A DNA stretch of 64,000 nucleotides from Camelus ferus (lineage: Eukaryota): positions 63,118,001 through 63,182,000 of the forward strand of contig NC_045696.1 of NCBI RefSeq assembly GCF_009834535.1, in the 5' to 3' direction. The position numbers and the translations under genes are program-made. A model generated the notes under the pieces. The model was not told where the DNA came from. It did no database searches and was given only the letters and a program-made list of their open reading frames with translations. Numbering within the stretch: the stretch's first letter is position 1; each line of letters begins with the position of its first letter. Positions 1 through 12,424 of this stretch are shown here, piece by piece.

Positions 1-348
1 TTTCACTCTTTTGTGGTTTTGAAATTTTTCAAAATAAAAAATTAGGGCTTGAGGTGTCATAAGAGTAGACAGTTAAGGGCCCAGGAGCCGTTCAGAAGCC
101 CGGATAGAATTGTACCGAAAGACAGTAGAATCAGTTATTACAATTAACAGGACCATGCAGAACTCCTGTCTTTTTTGGCTTTTGGGAAGTGGGGTTATCC
201 AGCTCCCTCCCATATTGGCACATAGGAACTTGGCAGGATGCTGGTTTCTCTCTGAATGGCAAACTGCAGTGAGAACTTACATTTCTCTTTAATTATTTCA
301 ATGCAAATATTCAAGTACTGAATTCGATTTAGTTGGCTCTTTACTTAC

Positions 349-430
349 TTTTTTAACAGAGATAGTGGGGATTGAACTCAGGACCTCGTGCATGCTAAGC
401 ATGCACTCTACTACTGAGCTATACCCACCC
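349..430 (-). mobile_element. tRNA-Ala-derived SINE (camelid Vic-1 type)
   Basis: Reverse complement reads GGGTATAGCTCAGTAGTAGAGTGCATGCTTAGCATGCACGAGGTCCTGAGTTCAATCCCC, with A and B boxes and an A-rich tail. Confidence 0.85.
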
Positions 431-824
431 TGACAGTTGGCTCTTTAAAAGGTGAGCTGCTTTGTTTTAAAGCCCCTTTAAAGAAGGACTTTCCTTGCTG
501 TAACATTTCAACATCTGTCAGTTTGATTAACGCTTGCCCAGCTCCTGAGCATCTTAAAGTGACTTTCGGCAACCAGATGTTATTAATAAGGAACTTGAGG
601 GGGAAAAAGTAAAGAAATCTTCACAAGATCATACAGCGTGTTGACAAGAGTTTTAAATAGAACCCAAGATCCCAGCAGTCCTACCACCTGCTTCTGTCAC
701 GACACCCCAACATGTCCACAATGGGACTGATGAAGATTTGGAAAGGCCAGTATTTCAAAATGCATTCTCTTAGAATTAACTTCTCTGTATTTATAGCGGG
801 TAAATCAAGCTGACAGTAGAGCTC

Positions 825-826
<2 letters not shown>

Positions 827-868
<42 letters not shown>
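827..868. repeat. (TG)21 microsatellite
   Basis: Direct read. Confidence 0.98.
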
Positions 869-869
<1 letters not shown>

Positions 870-2588
870 TTGTTTGAGGAGTAGCCACAAGCCCTTCCTC
901 TGAATAATGCACTTTATGAGAACACTGGCAGGAGGCAATGTGTTCTCACGAGAGAAAAGCTGTTGAGTGAGCTGCAGGTCTGTTCTCCAACCACCCTCTC
1001 CCACCCCACCCCCACCCACGCCATCCCTGCCCCAGGCAGCTGGGATTTATGGCCCGATTGGCTGCCAGCTCCTGCAGGACCGCCCAGCCCGCGGAGGCCC
1101 TTTCCTTCTTCAGGACAATGCCCGTGGAGCTTCTGCCAACAGGAGACGCTTAGGAGCTGTGGAGGGAGGGTGTGTGTTATAGTACTCTTGTTAGTTTTTC
1201 TTTCCGGCAAACTCGGGACCATGGCCAAAAAACATTAGTTTCTGGGCCTCAGAGGAGCCTGATAAAGGAACTGATTCACTTTCTGAATGTGGAGAGCCCT
1301 ATGGAAGGTACTGGGAGAATTGGCGGGGGAGGGGGGGTCCTATTGGCCCGGAGGGAGTTGATTAGAATGCATCATCCCCCGACAGGATGAAGTCCTGGTT
1401 CCCTTCCGACAGACCAGGCGGAGACCAGGCGGAGACCTGCGTCTCTAGCCCACCTCGTATCTGCACTGCAGCACCCCTGCTATTGCCTGCACCCCCAGGC
1501 CGCGCTCTTCCCACCTCCAGGAGCACCTTTGCAGGACTGGTGCCATGGCCTCATCACCAAAAGCAAACTTACCCTCCAAAGCCCAGTTCATGCATTTCTT
1601 GAAAGCCTTCCCGAACATACCCACACACCCAATGTTATACATCATCAAAGCATTTTCAATATGCTCTAACATACATATCACATTTTCACAGCCTGTTAAA
1701 AACCAATATTTTCATCAGTAAATATTTTCCTTACTATGTGCCAGGCACTGAGCTGGGGAGACAGATAAGAACTAAACAACCCTGGCTGCAAGGCGCTCAC
1801 AGCCTGGTAGAAAGACAACACTCATTGCGTTTGAGAGGTGTCCCTAACGGAGGAAAAGGGCAGTTGCCCGGCTGTCCCCACACCTCCACCCCTTGGACCA
1901 GGATGCCCAATCACCTGTGTAGGGAAGACCACCAAGGAGCAGCTTTGAGAGGGAAAATTGCCAGTTTGGTTTTAGACCTGTTCAGTTAAGACATGCAAGT
2001 GAAAATGTCACATAGGCAGTTACATATGTGTCTAAAGTTTGGGATCTCTGACCTGCAGATAGCTCATTCGGGAGGCACGGCAGAGACAGGGATCGTAGTT
2101 AAAGCCCGAAGACAGATGCTCCTGGCACGTGGTGGAGGAGAGAAGAGAGCTCTGTGTCTCCCTCCAGGAGGTGACCTTCCTCTTCACATTTTCTCTGGAC
2201 CATTTTTTGTAGTGCAGCTGAGGCTCTCCCTGGGAAAGATGGTAACAATAATAATTGCCACTGTTGACACGTGCCAGATGCTTTATCTGCAGGGTTTCTA
2301 ATAACCACAGTGACTCTAAGGCAGGTACTCATTCTTAGTTTACAGGTAAGAATACTCATGTGCAGAGAGGGTCAGGGCTTTGTCCCAATCACAGCTGTAC
2401 GGAAGCAGAGTGTGAATTCCACTCCAAGATTTTCCAAAACCCCCATCTGCCCATTGCATTGTCCTAGGAGCCAAAATATCCAGTGTCAAGGAACAGCTCT
2501 CCCCTCAGCTTCTCCACCCCCCACTGAGGGCCATCTCATAAGCTAGTGATCCTCGTAAGACTTTCCCTAGCAGCTTGTGAAAAGCAAT

Positions 2589-3074
2589 TGCAGTTGACTA
2601 AATAATGGCCCCGAAAGATATCAAGTCCTGATCCTTGGAACCTGTAAGTGCTACCTTATATGGAAAAAAGGTCTTTGCAGGTGTGATTAAGTTAAGGATC
2701 TCGAGCCAGGAAGATTATCGTGGATTATCTGAGTAGGCTACAAATGCAATCACAGTGTCTTGATAGAAGGCAGAGGGAGATTTAACACGGAGAAGAGCAG
2801 GAGGCAATGAAGCCAGAGAGGCAGAGACTAATCAGAGTGATGCAGCCATAAGGCAAGGAGCACGGCCGCCACCAGAAGCCCGAAGAGTCAGGACAAGAAA
2901 CAGCTGCTCCGCCAGAGCCCCCCGGGAGAGGCCGCCCTGCCAATGCCTTGATTTCGGTCCAGTGAAACTGCTGTCAGGCTCCTGGCCTCCAGAACTGTCA
3001 GGGAATACATTTCTGTTGTTTTAAATCACTAAATTTTGGATGACTTATCTCAACAGCCCTAGGAAACGAATCCA
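2589..3074 (+). mobile_element. MaLR solo LTR (MLT1-like)
   Basis: TG..CA ends; typical MLT1 blocks 'aataatggccccgaaagatatc', 'gtgattaagttaaggatctcgag', 'ggcctccagaactgt...ttctgttgttttaa'. Confidence 0.75.
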
Positions 3075-3984
3075 TGAAGATGCCAAGAACATACACCCAG
3101 AGAGGTGGACTCGGTAGGTCTGCTTTTTGACAGGCAGCCAGAGTGATTCTGACACCGACAATCCATGGACCACACAACCCCAACTGCTCGGGCAGGGGGC
3201 TTGTAGGACTTACACCCTTAAACTGGGGGTTTGTAGTCTGGAGTCTATTCTGCCATGGAATCCATAGATGAATTTCAGGGGTTCCATAAATTCTTCAAGG
3301 TTATGCAAGAAATTGTGTGGGTGGGCTTACAAGTTTGTGTTCTTCAGGGATAAGATTTTCTTCAGATTCTCAGAGGAGTCACAGAAAAGGTGGAGAATTT
3401 ACTGCTCTAAGAAAAAGACATCAAGGTCTGTCAACCTGGTTCAGGGTAGGTGAGGAGGACTGAGCAATTTTTAAATGAGGCCCACCTCCCCAGGGTTATG
3501 CTGAGGGAGAGGGGAGCTGTAATAAAGACTGAATCAAGCTAAGTAGTGGTATCTTCAAGGCGAAACAAAACTGAGAGTATCAGGCAACCTTAGGGCCTGG
3601 TGAGAGAGTGACACAAGACTGCATGGGGCGTGTCCTCACTTTATTGAGATAATTAGTGGAATAGATTATCTTTAGAGAGATAAACCTTTGGGAGCAATTG
3701 GTAGGCAGTGTCCAGAGGAACCGAAGATCTGGGCAGTACCAGTCAGCATCCACTGGGGATCATGGTAGAGGTGACCATTTGTAAGCACAGAGGACATCCA
3801 CCAAAAAAGCCCTCAAAGAACCAAAAGGCAGAGCTTTCAGACTAGGGGTATTTATTGTTTACAGACTATGAGAAACGTGGGTTACATATATTTTTCCTTT
3901 TAATTTAACCCTTTAATCTTGTCTTAGTTGGCATTCATTTTATATTTCTCCATCTTAATCATTTTATTATTTGAATTTTGGTCC

Positions 3985-4147
3985 CTTTTTTAAAAAACTT
4001 TTTTTTTTGTATTTTTGTTTGTTTGTTTTTTGTCTGGGGGGGGGAATTAGGTTTATTATTTATTTTTAATGGAGGCACAGGGGATTGAACCAAGGACCTC
4101 ATGCATACTAGGCATGCACTCTACCATTGAGCTATATACCCTCTCCC
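3985..4147 (-). mobile_element. Vic-1 type SINE with long T-rich tail
   Basis: Reverse-complement tRNA-Ala-like head at about 4065-4147; tail with the 'aataaacctaattcccccc' motif. Confidence 0.8.
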
Positions 4148-4351
4148 TAATAACATATTTTAATTTTACTTTTATTTAATCAATTTATTGTTTAATATCT
4201 CTTTATTCTACTGCACTGTAAGCTCCTCGAAAGTAGGGACCATATCTGTTTTTCTCAACAATGTGTCCCCAGCTCCCAGCACAATGCCTGACACATAGTG
4301 TTTCATTTCTCCTGTGAGTGGTCATAACTTTTTAAAATGAACAAACCAGTA

Positions 4352-4985
4352 AAATAGCACAGCCACTTTGGAAAACAGTCCAGTAGTTCCTCAAAACCTG
4401 AAACACAGAGGTCACCATGGGACCCAGCAATTCCACTCCTAGGTATATGCCCAAGAAAATTGAAAACCTATGTCCACACAAACACTTGTACACAAATGTT
4501 CATAGCAGCAGTATTCATAATAGCAAAAAAATAAAAACAACCCAAATGTCCATTAACTGATGGATGGATAATTAAAATGTGATACATCGACACAATGGAT
4601 TATTTTTCAGCCATGAAAAGAAATGACATACTGATACATGCTACAACATGGATGAACCTTAAAAACATGCTAAGTGAAAGAAGTTAGTCACAAAAGGTCA
4701 CCTCCTGGATGATTCCATTTATAAGGAATGTCCAGCATAGGCAAATCCGGAGAGACAGAGGTAGATGTGTGGTTGCTCATGGTTGGGAGTGCTTGAGGCG
4801 GATGGAGAGTAATTGCTAATGGGTACTAGATTTGGGGGTAGGTAATGAAGATGTTCTAAAATTAGATAATGGTGGTGGTTGCACAACTCTGGATATACTA
4901 AAAACCTTTGAATTGTACACTTAAAAAGGTGAATTTTGTGCTATATGAATGAGAGCTCAGTAAAACTATTTTTAGATAAAAAAGA
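4352..4985 (+). mobile_element. Old L1M 3' end (ORF2 terminus and 3' UTR)
   Basis: 'agccactttggaaaacagt...gacccagcaattccactcctaggtatatgcccaaga...acatggatgaacctt', ending in an A-rich tail. Confidence 0.85.
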
Positions 4986-5439
4986 AACGATAGTCAAGTC
5001 CTTCTTTAAGAAAAGTTATTAAAATCAACAAGGAAAACTTGAAATTAGTTTGTTTTCAAGAAAAACAGCTCCGTGTACTTGAATTGAATGGCAGTGTGGC
5101 TGGATGGGAGGGGACAGATTGCAAAAATCACGGGGCTCCCTCGCTGCGGGGGGTCGCCGTCTAGGATGACTTCCAGAGCCCAGCTTGGACAGCTGAGCCA
5201 GGGCAGAGGGTGCAGCTACAGCCTCGGAAAAAAGGGTGAGAGAGGATGTAGCGGGGTGCGTTTGATCCCTCCTTCCCGGCCTCCCATTGCACCCTTTGTA
5301 TGGTGCCATTTTAACCATCAGGAACCAGGCCCCGCTCATCTTGGGATCCCCAGGGCCCAAGCGGCTCCCCAGGCGTGAAGTATATACTGTTTGGTTCAGA
5401 AAATGTGGTGGATTAATGAACAAAGTGCCTCACAGAGAG

Positions 5440-6080
5440 CCGGCAGGTCACTGCATTCCGCTCCGACCGCCAGGTTTGGGGAGTGGTGACAGCCAAGGGG
5501 TCCGCGGGAGCCGCGCCGCCGCTGTCCCGGGGCGGGGGCCGCAGTCTTTGTGCAGAGGTTGCTCACGGCTCCCGCCGCTGGGGGGCGGCCTCCCGCCCGC
5601 CGACCCCCGACAATAGCGCGAGGGGTGGGGAGCCGCGCGGGCCCGGAAACTTTTCCCTGGTGTCTTGGTCGCCGCCCGTCCGGGCCCCGGAGCGCCCATC
5701 TCCCGCCAGCGCTCCGTGCGCTCGGCCGGGGCCGCCGCGGCGGGACGCAACCAAAGAAGGGGGCGCGGGGCTGCAGGGCCCGGGGCTGCGGACAGCTCGG
5801 GAGGTCTCCGGTCACGCGGAGGCGCGGGCACGGGACCGGGCGGAGCCGAGCCAGCCATGGAGGAGGCGCCCAGCCCCGCGCCCGAGCCCGCGCTCTGGTA
5901 CTGGGACTACCTGGACCGCTGCTTCGCTCGCCACCGCGTCTGCATCTCCTTCGGCCTGTGGATCTGCGCCTCCTCGTGCTGGATCGCCGCCCACGCGCTG
6001 TAATGGGGACCGAGACCGTGCGGCGCCGGGGAGGGGGCCGGGTCGGCCGCGGGGGGCCAGGGGCGCTGCCGCCTGCTAAC
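5440..6080 (+). promoter_or_regulatory. TMEM44: CpG island / TMEM44 promoter and exon 1
   Basis: Very GC- and CpG-rich, GC boxes (GGGCGG), surrounds the ATG in gccATGG context. Confidence 0.85.
5857..5999 (+). CDS. TMEM44: TMEM44 coding exon 1 (MEEAPSPAPEPALWYWDYLDRCFARHRVCISFGLWICASSCWIAAHAL)
   Basis: Matches the recalled TMEM44 N-terminus; Kozak gccATGG; donor CT|gtaatg, phase 2. Confidence 0.95.
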
Positions 6081-8456
6081 TCCCTCTTGGAAACCTATGG
6101 GGAAGAGGGCAGGAAGGGAGGAGGCAGCACAATTCTAGGATAGGAAGGAACATTTTGCTGTCGACTGAAATCAGATATTTCTTTCCGGATTCCACGCACG
6201 GGGAGGCTGGGCGGGGAGGCAGCAGGAGGATGCTGGGTGGTGCAGAGGACGGGGCCGTGGACTGAAAGCCACCAGACCCGGGTTCTATTGTCAGCCTTTC
6301 CCCATTGACTGGCCGTGTCAGCTGGGCAAGCTATGAAATCCCTGGGCCTCCTTTTCCTCACGTAAACTCCGGCTGGCTGGGAGGATCAAATGCGTTAGTA
6401 CTGGTAAAGCTCTTTAAGCACTATTATTATTGCTCCAGCTCTGCCACCAACGCTTGGCAGCGGGTGAGGACATCCGACAAGTCTCTCGATGTTTCTGGCC
6501 TCAATTTACCCAAAGACCTCATAGCTGGGAAGTAGGGAGGCGATTATCTGACTCTGACCAGACTTTGCGCTGGGCTGTCCAATACCTGGAGTGGTTTGGC
6601 CACGTGGTCACCACAGCCTGGGTTATAAGGGTGAAATCTGCCTAAAGGTGGTCTTCTGCTACCCTGTCCCAGGCTGGGAAGCATGGTGCCGCCCCCGTAC
6701 TCCCTGGCAGGGGAGAAGGACCAGCACCCTGGTGGAGGCTGGCACCAACTCACCTTCATACCCAATAGATGGTCCCCTCAGGTGTTTGATGTTACAGAGA
6801 TTCTGCAGCCCCATGGCCCAGGCCATGGAATGTGGGGGAAAAAAGACACTTAGAAAATTTACTGAGGGCCCAGTACTGTGTTCATTAACTCACTAATCCC
6901 TGCCACAGCCCAATGAGGTAGGGACTGTCACTGACCCATTTAGATGAGGAAGCTGGGGGTTCTGACAGGTTAACTGACTTGCCTGCATGAATGGGAAAAA
7001 CCGAAACTGAACCTACTAGAAAGGGGCAGGCTCGTGAGGTCAACCACCCAATCAGAGGGTGGGGCTAACGAGGCACTTTACTTGCATTATCTCACTTGTC
7101 CCTCAGGCCACCCTCTGAGGCTGTTATTATTAGCTGTCTTACCCATCTGGAAACCAAGGCTGGAGAGGTTTAAGGACATCCCTCGTGAATGCCCACCGTC
7201 CAGTCTGAGAGCAGAGCCTCTGCCTTTTCGCCTTGCCTCAGCTCTGCGTGGGCTGAGTCAGGGTCAGCCCGCGACCCCTGACCACTGAGAGCTGGGAACA
7301 TGGGGACATGGCACAGAGCAGAGCCTCCACACATAAAGCAGAAGGCCCACTGTTACCACCTTTCATCAGAGGCCTCAGTTTCCTTCTCTCTCAAATGGGA
7401 GGGTTAAAATGAATTATTTCTAATTTGGGTCCAACTCAAGAGAGTCTCTACTGTAGTCTTCACTCTGAGGCCTTGAATTGGTTTCCAGAACTCTGGGGCC
7501 CAAATTAAAGGTTGATGTTCCCATTGTGAGCTTTGAGCTTCATCTGGCCAGTGGGGAAATGTTTGGGAGCCCCATAAACTTCCATCCTTATCCACTATTC
7601 CCAAGGGCTATTGTTCAGAACAGGCCCGTCAGTCCTAACAACATGGAGTGAGTATCACTCTGTCAAAGGAAATGAACACCAGAGCTGTGGTTGTGCCTCA
7701 GTTTCTGCAAAGAAATGCAGCAGGGAAACAGAGAGAGCAAAGCATTTCCAAGATCCCATGTGATGCTGATGGAGAGACTTCTGGCCTCTTCCAGGCTGTC
7801 CCGCCTTCCCGTGCTTGTTCCTGGGTGTATATGGGGGTGGGAAGAGGGCAGTAAGGGAGAGAAGCCAGCAGTGGGGGACGCTGAGGGAGTTCAGCCCAAA
7901 GTGCCGTGGCATCTTCGAGGAGTTTTACTCACCCAAGTGTGTGACAAGCACGCACCCCAAGTGAAATCAGGCTGGATGTGCAGGCTGGCAGAAGCCAGGC
8001 CACCTCACTGCACAGGTGGATGAGAAGGATTTCATTTTCATTTCAAAGAAACAAATTGCCTTTTTAATTTAGGCCATTAACTCTGCTCTGCAGTTAAACT
8101 ACAGTGACTGGGCTGCTTTTATAACTGTCCTGTTTCCTTTCAAAAGATAAAAGCTGACAGCTAGTTTGGCAGCATTGAGTGGTAGGTCATGAACTTGAGG
8201 GGGCCAGATTTGTAGGAAGGAAGACATGCCTCATTTCATGAGGTCCTGCCATGGGTCTTTTGGCCAGAGGCTTGGAGTCTTTCCCTCCTTTTCCCATCTG
8301 TACACTAACATCGAAGGTCAAAAACACCTGCTGAACACCTGGGGAAGGAAGTGATTTGTAAGGACACAAAGTCACAGTTGCCCTTTTCAGACACCTGCTT
8401 TGGGAGCCCAAACTCACATCTCCGTGTTCTGGTCACACCCTTGTCTGTCCCCGCAG

Positions 8457-8583
8457 GCTTCTCTATCTGAGATGTGGGAAGAAATCTGGACGGGACCAGT
8501 CAGCGCTGTGTGCCGCATGCTGCCTCCTGACCAGCCTATGTGACACAGTTGGGGCGATTCTGGCCAAACAGCTCACAATCCAG
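8457..8583 (+). CDS. TMEM44: TMEM44 exon 2 (LLYLRCGKKSGRDQSALCAACCLLTSLCDTVGAILAKQLTIQ)
   Basis: ccgcag| acceptor, |gtgtgt donor; 127 nt restores frame; TMEM44 homology. Confidence 0.95.
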
Positions 8584-8728
8584 GTGTGTTGGACCCACAG
8601 GTGACAGTGGCAGGCGAGGCCCATGTTCGCCTCAGGGACTGTGTCCAGGCTGGTCTTTCTGCTTCTCCAGTATCCTCCTGGCTCACTGCTTGCCTCCTTC
8701 AAGTCTTTGCTCAAAAGTCATCTCAGAG

Positions 8729-8832
8729 CAGGGAGGGTAGAGCTCAGTGGTACAGCGTGTGCTTAGCATGCATGAGGTCCTGGGTTCAATCCCCAGCACC
8801 TCCATTAAAACAAATAAATAAAAACCTAATCC
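8729..8832 (+). mobile_element. Vic-1 type SINE in intron 2
   Basis: tRNA-Ala-like head and A-rich tail; degenerate target-site duplication aaagtcatctca / aaagccacctca. Confidence 0.85.
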
Positions 8833-9869
8833 TCCAACCCCATAGAAGACATTTTTTTTAAAGCCACCTCAATAAGATCTCCCTTGATCTCCTGTTTAAA
8901 ACTGTGCCCTACCCCTACCACAGGCACTCCAGACCCCCTGTCTTGCTCTGTCTGTTTTCCCCCTAATACACCATCTACTTTACTATGTTTATCCCTTATT
9001 GTATGTTAATCCCTACGAGAATGTCAGCTCCTTAAGGGCAAAGGTTTTGGGTCTTTTTATACAAATCAACTTACATTTATTCCCTTGTGGTCAGTTGAAA
9101 CCTACACCCCGGTAGACGTGATGTGCTTTCCCATGTACGCATTTGTAACCTCTGACAACTAATTAACAGCATACAAAACTGCCAGGTATCAAGGAAGACC
9201 GTGACTTCCCTCCCCGCAGCCAGCTGTGCTGTGATACCTTCGCTTGGTGCTGGCAGCCTCCTCTTCCCTCCTCTCATTCCGACACAATGCCTGCAGGCCT
9301 GTCTAAGTAATGTAATCTACTGCGGTGGGATTCCCCTGATAGCCTGTGCAGCACCTGGTGACAGGAGTATTCATACTCCCCAGTGTTGTGGCCTGACACC
9401 GATCTATCAGCCCAAAGGCTTTTATTCACTACCGTTTCCCATCCCTCCAAACAGCAGCTGACACACAGAGGGCGTTCAGTAAGAAGGGACTGTTGCTGTT
9501 ACTGTGTGTAGAGCCCAGCTCATGCAGGTGTGTCTGGATCTTTTCCCAGGTGGACATGGGCTTTGGAGCAAGTGAGAAGCCATTTTAAGTTTTTCCAAAG
9601 TCGAGGCCCTCAAATAAATCTGTGTAGAATATCCCATACGAGAACATATCCCAAGGAGGACCCGTGGGCCCCAGGTCACGGGGCTGGTCCTGGCCTGTGC
9701 CACCCGGAGAGACATGAAAGGGGGCAGCCTAGTGTTGGACACAGATTTGGAGAGTTCTAGACCCTGCTTTGAGCATCATCCTATCAGAAACAAATCACCT
9801 TTCGTTTTGGAAGCCCATTCTCAATAGCTGATAGAATATAACGAAGCTCAGCTCAAGTCCAATAGTCAT

Positions 9870-10086
9870 AGCTGGTGTTTATTAAGTATTTAACTATGTA
9901 CTTGCCCCTCAGGGCTTTTTATGTATTAATTCAGTTAATCCTCAAATCATGGGCACTCTCATTATCCCTGTTTCACACACATGGAAACTGAGGCATAGAG
10001 AAGTTAAATAACCTCTCTAGAGTCACCCTCTAGTAAGTAGCAGTGTCAGGATTCAAACTCCAGAACGCGTGCTCTTAAGCACTAAC
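9870..10086 (-). mobile_element. MIR SINE
   Basis: MIR core 'ggaaactgaggcatagagaagttaaataacct...ggattcaaactccag'. Confidence 0.7.
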
Positions 10087-10088
10087 TA

Positions 10089-10303
10089 TAATGGACCTTT
10101 GAACAATATGCGTTTGAACCGTGTGGGTCCACTTAGACGGATTTTTTCCTACAAATACGCACTGCAGCACTATGCGATCCTTGATTGGGTGAATCCAGGG
10201 ATGTGGAACCTCGGATACAGAGGGCTGACTATAAAGTTATCCACAGAATTTCAACAGCAAAGGAGTCGGCACCCCATGCCCTGCGTTGTTCAAGGGTCCA
10301 CTA
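10089..10303. mobile_element. TcMar-Tigger MITE (MER8/Tigger2-like)
   Basis: Terminal inverted repeats taatggacctttgaacaa / ttgttcaagggtccacta, flanked by TA on both sides. Confidence 0.8.
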
Positions 10304-10766
10304 TACTGTCAGCGGCTAGTGCATTTGTGGATGGTTCATTTTACTTCCCCCCCCACCCCCAGTCGCTGGTCAAAGCACTTCCCACGTGTCAGCTCATGTA
10401 ATCTACTCAACAGTGTGGGAGGCACTGTTATTACCCCTGTTTTACAGATGAGGAAACTGAGGCCCGGGGAAGTCCAGTGGCTGGGCCCAAGTTGCATAGC
10501 AGCGGCTATGCTATACAGTGGAAAATGTGGCGGGCCGTGTTCTTGTCCCATCTCTGTGATAACCATCTGCATGATGGGATTGATCACTTAAGCACCCCAT
10601 CTCCTTGTCAGTCAAAGGGAGAAGATAACCCACCCTCTGTTGGGGTGGGAGGTGTCCCTGGGAGCCCTACGTCAGGGGAACACGTGGTGGAGGAGATAGA
10701 AAATGAGAGGTGCTACAGTTGCTGAAAGATGTTTGAACACCCAGACTCTATTTCCTTTGCTCCCAG

Positions 10767-10860
10767 GTCTTCACTGGTGCCTACCTAGCAGCTATTGACC
10801 TGGTGAGCTTTGTGTCCATTCTCTTCCCAGTCTGTGGCTCCAAATTCAAGTCTAATTCAG
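10767..10860 (+). CDS. TMEM44: TMEM44 exon 3 (VFTGAYLAAIDLVSFVSILFPVCGSKFKSNS)
   Basis: tcccag| acceptor, |gtgagt donor; 94 nt; homology. Confidence 0.95.
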
Positions 10861-11979
10861 GTGAGTGAGCTGCCATCTGTTCCTCCCTTCATCCATCCAC
10901 TCATTTCACCCATCAGCGTGCTGAGTGCCTCTCCTTGTCACTCCCAAGCTGGGCCCCTGCCGGGCACAGACGAATGGGCGAGCTCCCTGGCCTCAGCCAG
11001 ACAGGGGAGCCAGGGCCCTAAATGGTAGTTAGCGCTGCATGTGAGGGGCTGTAGGCACACAGTGGGCATCTAGAGGAGGGGAAGGGCTGCACGTGTCAGG
11101 GAAGGATGTGATGTCAGAACTGGGACCACAGGGAAGGGCATTCCAGGTGGAAGAGCAGCACGGGCAAAAGCCAGGAAGAGGGAGGGTGCAGGGCTTTGGG
11201 CGTGAACAGTGATGTCTCAGTGCGCCAGTCCAGAGGCTCCAAGCGAAGCCCCACCACTTCTGGAAATAGATGCCAGGAATGGGCTGGAGCCACCTCAGGC
11301 AGAGCGTGGGCTGGAAGTGACTGAGATGGGATGAGTAGCCTTGAGTCTGTGGGACCAGGACATTCCTGAGAAGAGACAGCAGTGTTCTTGGAGCATCGTC
11401 TGAAAAGTGCTTGCATCAGTGGGTGCTATAAGATGCCCTTTGCTCGATGCTGCCCCAAGGAGGAATGTTCTTGTTAGAATTGTTCAGAGGAGGCTCTGTC
11501 TTCTATTTCAAGGATGCTTCTATTTCAAAGATGATGCTTGTCTACTCCTGGTTTTGGTGCCCCGGCACCCGTGTGCCCACTTATGGGTGCGTTCACTAAG
11601 CTTGTACTGGTTCCGCTCTGTGCAGATGATAGAACTGCCAGGGCACAGTGCCTGCCCTCAGGGGACTCCTGTCTAGGACAGGCGACACTGTACACGCAGA
11701 TGCATGTGATCAAGGATAACATCGCCCTGCCTTGAAACATAAAACACTATGAGAGGCGGAGGAAGGGGAACACTGCCAGTCATCTGAGGGTTGGGGGGGC
11801 GGTGCAGGAGGAACTGGGCACAGCCACAGGCCCTTGCGGGGTGGGGAGGGTCTGGCCTATGGGACAGCGTGGGAGCCTGTCGTGGCCTCAGGGCCGGGGT
11901 CGACCCCAGTTCTTCCCACGCAGCTGTCTGTCGAGTTCCAGATCCCGGGAGACCTGCAGGATCTTGGTGTCTGTTGCAG

Positions 11980-12146
11980 GTCGGAGCTCCCAGGAGAGGA
12001 AGAAGAGGCAGCGGCTGAAGGCCAGCGTATTTGCCCTGGCCCTGCCGCTGAGCCTGGGCCCAGGCTGGGCTCTGTGGACCGCTGTCCCAAAGGCTTCAGG
12101 CCCCATCCGAGGGCCGCAGCGGAGGCTGCTGGGAAGCCTGCTACAG
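11980..12146 (+). CDS. TMEM44: TMEM44 exon 4 (GRSSQERKKRQRLKASVFALALPLSLGPGWALWTAVPKASGPIRGPQRRLLGSLLQ)
   Basis: ttgcag| acceptor, |gtgaga donor; 167 nt; homology. Confidence 0.95.
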
Positions 12147-12337
12147 GTGAGACTGCCCAGGAGGACAGGAGGTGGGGGAATGCAGGTCCCTCTCCTCCCT
12201 ACGGTCCTAGCAAATGCCCTGGGGGGTGGGGGACAGGGTTAGGCCTTGTTGGGAAGAACCTCCTAAAAGCAGAAAAGGAGGGGCCTAGGGTGCGTGAGCA
12301 TCTTCTTGGGGTGCTGAGTGTGTCACTGTCCCCACAG

Positions 12338-12424
12338 GACAATACTGAAATCTTCGGCTACCTGCTGGGCAGTATCGCAGCCTTCGGCTCCTGGGCGTCC
12401 CGGATCCCCCCACTCTCCAGAATC
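12338..12424 (+). CDS. TMEM44: TMEM44 exon 5 (DNTEIFGYLLGSIAAFGSWASRIPPLSRI)
   Basis: ccacag| acceptor, |gtgagg donor; 87 nt; homology. Confidence 0.95.

Noticed and set aside
5396..6143. Several 110-200 aa ORFs on both strands around exon 1
   Set aside because: By-products of a stop-poor GC-rich island; only 5857-5999 matches a known protein and has a splice donor in the right phase
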